This document shows, piece after piece, positions 61,601-64,000 of a DNA stretch of 64,000 nucleotides; the first letter of the stretch is position 1, and every line of letters begins with the position of its first letter. The stretch is from Phoronis australis (Eukaryota > Animalia > Phoronida): assembly GCA_002633005.1 (NCBI GenBank), contig NMRA01000074.1, positions 124,001-188,000 on the forward strand, read 5' to 3'. The position numbers were made by a program, and so were the translations under genes. The notes beneath the pieces were generated by a model. That model was not told the origin of the DNA. It saw nothing but the letters and a program-made list of their open reading frames with translations, and did not search any database.

Positions 61601-63027
61601 CCTGTCAATCAAATTCACTCACCAATCAGATCCTCCCATGTTTTGGCCTTGTTGCCCTTCAAGGACACCTGAGTTTCCCAAGTCTCAGGAGTGGGCAGCT
61701 TCATCCGTTTGCCCGCCTTCTCTTCTTCCCACATTCCAGGCAGACGCAGTTTGTAGAACTCCTCCAGAGTTTCTGGGTATCTGAACAAGACAGAACACTT
61801 AAACTTCATACTCAAAAGATGAAGACTTTTCATTCCAAAGAAATTATACTTAATTATATTTTGACAAACTGAACTTCCAATAAATGATAACAAAATGCGC
61901 TTACTGAGTATATTCGATAAGGCCATCTTGGATTACACAGCGATAGAACTCTCCTTCGTCCCGTAGGATAAAAAGTGCATTGTTTTCATTGGTCTCATTT
62001 TTAGAATGCCGGGAACATTTTCACAGGTCGTGTCAGAAACCGAACTTAACATCACACATCCTAGGAAATTTGTCAACTTTATCCAACTTTCTCCCATCAA
62101 GGGTTGCAGCCCACAGCACAGCAACAATATTTAGTTGGCATTGGAAAGACAAATGAGAGTAATGCAGCCGATAAAAACTCCAGTGGCGTGAAAAAAGTTT
62201 CAAATTTAAATTGGAATGCTTGATGGATTTTGCAGCACCGTGGGTAAACACAGCAAGATCTTCTGAGTCTCACCTTGTAATTTGGGACTGCCCTATTGAG
62301 GAGCTATTTAAATGTTTCCTATTTCAATAACAATTTCAGTGTTCTTTGTTTTCATAATGTTCATACAGTCACAGCAAAACAATCGCTGTGTCGAGTTTTT
62401 GTCAGCTCAGATGTTCCACTCATTGGAAAATAAGAATCAAAATGACAGTTTCTCTACCATCTGTAACTAAATTTAACAAATTCTTGCTTTTTAAAATATA
62501 GTTTTCAACATTATAATATTGACAAAAATCTTTTCACAACAACCTTTGTGCATGAGACTTGACAAGTGAAAACCATTGCAAAGTATACATGTGAAAAAAT
62601 TATAAATCGCACCTAGATATGTCCATTGTTAAGTGCATACTATAGGAATATTTAGAGGGTAAAACCTAACACTCCTAAGTAACAGGGTTGGGACTTATAG
62701 TCATTCCTGAACCCAGTCCCAAACAAAGGAAACATTCATTAAATGTGAATGAGTTTGCCATCTGTGCCATTTAGGTCACAAGAGTCATGAATGACTAAGA
62801 GTGATTCGTAGGGAATGCCTTGTATCACTGAATGACTGTGTCTCCGATAAGTGCATCACCGAGCAACAACTTATGATTTATCACGTACCACGACATAGCA
62901 ATTCTTACTTTTTACCGATCAAGCACATAACGTGATCGACAGGTTCCGCTATGTGTAGCTTGCGTATCAGTTGCTTCAATGTGAATGACAAGCGTTCCAG
63001 TTCTTCTTCAGACTCACTGTCACTGCT
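10107..63027 (-). CDS. TEP1: Telomerase protein component 1 (vault/telomerase-associated TROVE-vWA-DUF4062-NACHT-WD40 protein); 47 exons in window, 5' end outside window
   Basis: Manual splicing gives one open frame of 6588 nt. Motifs: TROVE ([32 protein letters not shown]), [16 protein letters not shown] (DUF4062), Walker A GGPGSGKS, Walker B VVVIDGID, many GH..W WD40 repeats, C-terminus [15 protein letters not shown] resembling the vertebrate TEP1 end. Confidence 0.95.
10751..10852 (-). CDS. TEP1: TEP1 exon 46 (WD40)
   Basis: [34 protein letters not shown], 102 nt. Confidence 0.92.
11110..11166. repeat. (CA)n microsatellite
   Basis: Directly visible. Confidence 0.95.
12563..12730 (-). CDS. 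TEP1: TEP1 exon 45 (WD40-like)
   Basis: [13 protein letters not shown]...[27 protein letters not shown], 168 nt. Confidence 0.87.
12848..13403. repeat. Long inverted repeat / foldback
   Basis: Arms 12848-13010 and 13224-13403 are highly similar reverse complements; spacer about 213 bp. Confidence 0.9.
13975..14070 (+). repeat. Dispersed repeat fragment, second copy near 62044-62160
   Basis: acttaacatcacaca...ctttatccaactttct...tgcagcccacagca...gttgg.attggaa shared by both loci. Confidence 0.7.
14190..14507. mobile_element. Degenerate MITE with internal ttgggac repeats
   Basis: aattgggacggc near the left end versus gctgtcccaaatt near the right end; several internal (t)tgggac motifs. Confidence 0.45.
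15152..15275 (-). CDS. TEP1: TEP1 exon 44 (WD40-like)
   Basis: [41 protein letters not shown], 124 nt, phase 2 to 0. Confidence 0.8.
16183..16323 (-). CDS. TEP1: TEP1 exon 43
   Basis: [46 protein letters not shown], 141 nt, phase 2-2. Confidence 0.75.
16595..16966. mobile_element. Possible TTAA-flanked (Kolobok-like) degenerate MITE
   Basis: ttaaggctatgtgtgacc ... ggtcacatgattcagttaa imperfect TIRs. Confidence 0.35.
17286..17471 (-). CDS. TEP1: TEP1 exon 42 (WD40)
   Basis: DGIVMIWNP...[30 protein letters not shown], 186 nt, AAG acceptor. Confidence 0.88.
17900..18126 (-). CDS. TEP1: TEP1 exon 41 (WD40)
   Basis: [39 protein letters not shown]...GHRAEVTC...CVITGS, 227 nt. Confidence 0.92.
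18876..19051 (-). CDS. TEP1: TEP1 exon 40 (WD40)
   Basis: [17 protein letters not shown]...[18 protein letters not shown], 176 nt. Confidence 0.9.
19606..19744 (-). CDS. TEP1: TEP1 exon 39 (WD40)
   Basis: [46 protein letters not shown], 139 nt. Confidence 0.92.
20691..20798 (-). CDS. TEP1: TEP1 exon 38 (WD40)
   Basis: [36 protein letters not shown], 108 nt. Confidence 0.92.
21250..21603. repeat. ~80-bp minisatellite spanning the exon 37 donor
   Basis: Five copies of ttacaatatggtcgctgatatca, four followed by aacacacaatac.ggcctgataacaag. Confidence 0.9.
21585..21704 (-). CDS. TEP1: TEP1 exon 37 (WD40)
   Basis: [40 protein letters not shown], 120 nt. Confidence 0.92.
22338..22431 (-). CDS. 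TEP1: TEP1 exon 36 (WD40)
   Basis: [31 protein letters not shown], 94 nt. Confidence 0.92.
23007..23158 (-). CDS. TEP1: TEP1 exon 35 (WD40)
   Basis: [50 protein letters not shown], 152 nt. Confidence 0.9.
23504..23610 (-). CDS. TEP1: TEP1 exon 34 (WD40)
   Basis: [35 protein letters not shown], 107 nt. Confidence 0.88.
23741..23888 (-). CDS. TEP1: TEP1 exon 33 (WD40)
   Basis: [49 protein letters not shown], 148 nt. Confidence 0.92.
24843..25658. mobile_element. Non-autonomous DNA element, CA(A/G)GGCTTGGAA-terminus family
   Basis: Right end gcggaaatccgcgtttccgcggaaaattccaagccttg is nearly identical to 58596-58633; left end is uncertain. Confidence 0.6.
25899..25997 (-). CDS. TEP1: TEP1 exon 32 (WD40), GC donor
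   Basis: [33 protein letters not shown]|gcaagt, 99 nt. Confidence 0.88.
26811..26930 (-). CDS. TEP1: TEP1 exon 31 (WD40)
   Basis: [40 protein letters not shown], 120 nt. Confidence 0.92.
27275..27383 (-). CDS. TEP1: TEP1 exon 30 (WD40)
   Basis: [36 protein letters not shown], 109 nt. Confidence 0.92.
27873..28028 (-). CDS. TEP1: TEP1 exon 29 (WD40)
   Basis: [51 protein letters not shown], 156 nt. Confidence 0.9.
28429..28553 (-). CDS. TEP1: TEP1 exon 28 (WD40)
   Basis: [41 protein letters not shown], 125 nt. Confidence 0.92.
28574..28652. repeat. (AAC)n microsatellite
   Basis: Directly visible, just upstream of the exon 28 acceptor. Confidence 0.93.
29179..29274 (-). CDS. TEP1: TEP1 exon 27 (WD40)
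   Basis: [32 protein letters not shown], 96 nt. Confidence 0.92.
29448..29728 (-). CDS. TEP1: TEP1 exon 26
   Basis: [12 protein letters not shown]...[15 protein letters not shown]...WVNKP...LDNFPE, 281 nt. Confidence 0.9.
30565..30679 (-). CDS. TEP1: TEP1 exon 25
   Basis: [38 protein letters not shown], 115 nt. Confidence 0.9.
31140..31228 (-). CDS. TEP1: TEP1 exon 24
   Basis: [29 protein letters not shown], 89 nt. Confidence 0.92.
31504..31616 (-). CDS. TEP1: TEP1 exon 23, copy b
   Basis: [37 protein letters not shown], 113 nt; only one copy can be included in frame. Confidence 0.75.
32183..32295 (-). CDS. TEP1: TEP1 exon 23, copy a
   Basis: [37 protein letters not shown], 113 nt; both splice sites intact. 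Confidence 0.7.
33221..33401 (-). CDS. TEP1: TEP1 exon 22
   Basis: [16 protein letters not shown]...[18 protein letters not shown], 181 nt. Confidence 0.9.
33995..34127 (-). CDS. TEP1: TEP1 exon 21
   Basis: [44 protein letters not shown], 133 nt. Confidence 0.92.
34954..35047. repeat. Perfect 43-bp tandem duplication
   Basis: caaattttcattgatacttggatgccatgagaagacattgagt x2. Confidence 0.95.
35317..35409 (-). CDS. TEP1: TEP1 exon 20
   Basis: [31 protein letters not shown], 93 nt (STAND GxP-like motif). Confidence 0.93.
35935..36114 (-). CDS. TEP1: TEP1 exon 19
   Basis: [15 protein letters not shown]...[14 protein letters not shown], 180 nt. Confidence 0.92.
36490..36637 (-). CDS. TEP1: TEP1 exon 18 (NACHT Walker B)
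   Basis: [49 protein letters not shown], 148 nt, AAG acceptor. Confidence 0.9.
36757..36932 (-). CDS. TEP1: TEP1 exon 17 (NACHT)
   Basis: ASVVHSY...[22 protein letters not shown]...IPEDF, 176 nt. Confidence 0.92.
37373..37555 (-). CDS. TEP1: TEP1 exon 16 (NACHT Walker A)
   Basis: ...[11 protein letters not shown]...[16 protein letters not shown], 183 nt. Confidence 0.93.
38123..38243 (-). CDS. TEP1: TEP1 exon 15
   Basis: [40 protein letters not shown], 121 nt. Confidence 0.92.
39108..39221 (-). CDS. TEP1: TEP1 exon 14
   Basis: [37 protein letters not shown], 114 nt. Confidence 0.9.
39555..39800 (-). CDS. TEP1: TEP1 exon 13 (DUF4062)
   Basis: [27 protein letters not shown]...[12 protein letters not shown]...[10 protein letters not shown], 246 nt. 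Confidence 0.95.
40398..40574 (-). CDS. TEP1: TEP1 exon 12 (DUF4062)
   Basis: [58 protein letters not shown], 177 nt. Confidence 0.95.
40873..41610 (-). mobile_element. Degenerate HINE-family fragment interrupted by a MITE
   Basis: caagagcaacacggagcgttgaaatgcac end, plus ccaaatttcatgaaaat and cactagggggcaca modules after 41332. Confidence 0.7.
40945..41330. mobile_element. Tc1/mariner (pogo/Tigger-like) MITE, TA TSD
   Basis: ta-ccgggattatccgtagataagcc ... ggcttatttaatggaaaatcctgg-ta. Confidence 0.7.
42284..42451 (-). CDS. TEP1: TEP1 exon 11
   Basis: [23 protein letters not shown]...PLALCSMKP, 168 nt. Confidence 0.9.
42690..42943. mobile_element. MITE (PIF/Harbinger-like termini)
   Basis: ccgggggcccgttccaa ... 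ttggaacaggccccgg TIRs; internal cttaag/cttag repeats. Confidence 0.7.
43041..43109 (-). CDS. TEP1: TEP1 exon 10
   Basis: [22 protein letters not shown], 69 nt. Confidence 0.9.
43860..43993 (-). CDS. TEP1: TEP1 exon 9
   Basis: [44 protein letters not shown], 134 nt. Confidence 0.9.
44921..45001 (-). CDS. TEP1: TEP1 exon 8
   Basis: [27 protein letters not shown], 81 nt, phase 0-0. Confidence 0.75.
45300..45650. repeat. ~71-bp minisatellite spanning the exon 7 donor
   Basis: Five copies of ccagcataaccta.act...tcactcaagg...tattgttaagtataga. Confidence 0.88.
45608..45760 (-). CDS. TEP1: TEP1 exon 7
   Basis: [25 protein letters not shown]...[13 protein letters not shown]|gtaagt, 153 nt. Confidence 0.9.
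48250..48430 (-). CDS. TEP1: TEP1 exon 6 (TROVE end / vWA-like start)
   Basis: [60 protein letters not shown], 181 nt. Confidence 0.92.
50793..50955 (-). CDS. TEP1: TEP1 exon 5 (RG-rich insert)
   Basis: [53 protein letters not shown], 163 nt; phase 1 to 2 is required to join exons 4 and 6. Confidence 0.85.
51199..52057 (-). mobile_element. Helentron-associated interspersed element (HINE / DINE-1-like), copy A
   Basis: Minus strand: 5' TTTTTATGCGCCCGCA subterminal IR, internal modules, 3' GGGTGCATTT + hairpin CAACGC-TCT-GCGTTG + CTCTTGTT. Confidence 0.75.
52096..53523 (-). mobile_element. HINE copy B (contains the assembly gap)
   Basis: Same termini; (ggac)-type microsatellite near 53460-53495; almost identical to the copy starting at 63051. 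Confidence 0.75.
52583..53175. other. Assembly gap (593 N)
   Basis: Run of N. Confidence 0.99.
53524..55739 (-). mobile_element. HINE copy C, interrupted by the CAGTGTTTCCCC element
   Basis: ccactag modules on both sides of the insert; ends ggacagacgg...gtgcgggcgcataaaaa. Confidence 0.7.
53704..54833. mobile_element. hAT-like non-autonomous element, copy 1
   Basis: cagtgtttcccctg ... caggggaaacact(c) TIRs, flanked by ttcgt on both sides; homologous to 58795-61536. Confidence 0.8.
56083..56173 (-). CDS. TEP1: TEP1 exon 4 (TROVE)
   Basis: [30 protein letters not shown], 91 nt. Confidence 0.9.
56141..56357. repeat. 44-bp minisatellite spanning the exon 4 acceptor
   Basis: Five units of gaatgggaactgacaactgttaatcacagctccctgcaaacata. 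Confidence 0.95.
56943..57052 (-). CDS. TEP1: TEP1 exon 3 (TROVE)
   Basis: [37 protein letters not shown], 110 nt. Confidence 0.93.
57138..57650. mobile_element. MITE-like element with poly-G/C termini
   Basis: ggggggtacttccata ... tatgaaggactacccctgggg imperfect TIRs; internal aaactctaca repeats. Confidence 0.5.
58166..58633. mobile_element. MITE with CA(G/A)GG(T/C)TTGGAA TIRs and 6-bp TSD gtatat
   Basis: gtatat|cagggtttggaat ... attccaagccttg|gtatat. Confidence 0.75.
59761..61177. mobile_element. Tc1/mariner (pogo/Tigger-like) non-autonomous element, TA TSD
   Basis: Perfect 27-bp TIR ccgtattcgccgtaataaccgcccagg, flanked by TA; absent from copy 1 of the host element. Confidence 0.92.
61187..61410. 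repeat. 16-bp minisatellite (tcatttttactagcga)n
   Basis: About 14 units here and about 4-5 units at 54630-54706. Confidence 0.92.
61623..61780 (-). CDS. TEP1: TEP1 exon 2 (TROVE)
   Basis: [52 protein letters not shown], 158 nt, AG/GT flanks. Confidence 0.93.
62909..63027 (-). CDS. TEP1: TEP1 window exon 1 (TROVE)
   Basis: ag|[39 protein letters not shown]|gtaag, 119 nt; not in the ORF track. Confidence 0.9.
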
Positions 63028-63050
63028 CTGTAGATGAGAAGAGTTAATTT

Positions 63051-64000
63051 AACAAGAGCAACGCAGAGCGTTGAAATGCGCCCACAATTGCACCGCATAC
63101 GGTATCCTTCTAGGGTTGTTTATTGGTACCATAAAGTGGCCAGTAGAGGGCATATATGTAGTATGTTGTACTTAGCAAAATGGAAAGGCATCAGGATGGT
63201 CATTGTCTCCTCAATAGGCTAGGGGCAAAATGTGAGTAATCTTCATAATACAAGCACATCCTATGCACCAGTTGCTTAAAGCACCACAGAAACATAGAAT
63301 TAAAAACAAATTTACCAACATACGAGATTAGCACAGCATTAGAATGCCAGAAACAAATTTCTACTTGGAACTTTTCCTTCACAGTCACGAAGTAACACAA
63401 AGTATACACCTGAAGACCTATGAAAATACAGAGGTCAATGTAAAATACTAAAATTGCCACTAGAGGCAAATACTAAAATTGCCACTAGAGGCATACCGGT
63501 AATCAGAATCATCCTAAAGTCGTCATCGTCCGTTGTCAACATCACATAAATACACTTGCTAAATTTAGTAAAGATCCTGCAAACGGTTTGGGAGATACAG
63601 CCATGGGCGCAAAAAAACAAAACTGCCACTAGGAGGCGCCACAGTAGTCCAAATCGTCTGAAAATCATTGTCAGCTGTCTTCCTTATAGTAAGCACATAC
63701 ACGCCAATTTTCACAATCATCCTTTGAGCGGTTTGGTTGATAGAGGGGTGGACGCAAAAATACAGACTCGAAAACAGTAAAAATGGCCACTAGGTGGCGC
63801 AAACTACGTCGAATCCATCTGAAAACAGTAGGATAGCGTCATCTCACTAATAGGTGCCTACATACCAAATTTCATGAAAATCCGTTCAATACTTTTGAAG
63901 ATACAAAGGTAAGCGTAAAAAACTAAAATTGCCACTAGGGGGCACACCGGTAGTCGGATCCGACCAAAAGTCGTCATCTTCCGTTGTTAACATCATATAA
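63051..64000 (-). mobile_element. HINE copy D (runs off the window)
   Basis: aacaagagcaacgcagagcgttgaaatgcgccc terminus; almost identical to copy B. Confidence 0.78.

Overview
AT-rich metazoan genomic DNA from a draft assembly (isolated Ns, one 593-N gap at 52583-53175). The repeat repertoire suggests a marine invertebrate deuterostome; this is inference only. Most of the window is one minus-strand gene, TEP1 (telomerase/vault protein component 1). I traced 47 exons by hand from 63027 to the TAA at 10107-10109; phases are continuous, giving 6588 nt, about 2195 aa, with the 5' end outside the window. The domain order is TROVE, vWA-like, DUF4062, NACHT NTPase, WD40 repeats. Exon 23 occurs twice, probably because two alleles were assembled in tandem, and one intron is GC-AG. 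Positions 1-1281 hold the ORF1 end and an uninterrupted APE-endonuclease ORF2 start of a LINE, with both ORFs in one frame separated by a single TAG. The introns contain DINE-1/HINE-type Helentron derivatives, MITEs with TA or 6-bp TSDs, a foldback and microsatellites. The most unusual signals are: three independent minisatellites whose unit is a copy of a TEP1 exon-intron junction (arrays of decoy splice sites); co-oriented CTCF-like motifs carried by the HINE modules; the single in-frame TAG between the LINE ORFs; an RG-repeat exon inside the TROVE domain; and a weak Pol III-like unit in the foldback arms.
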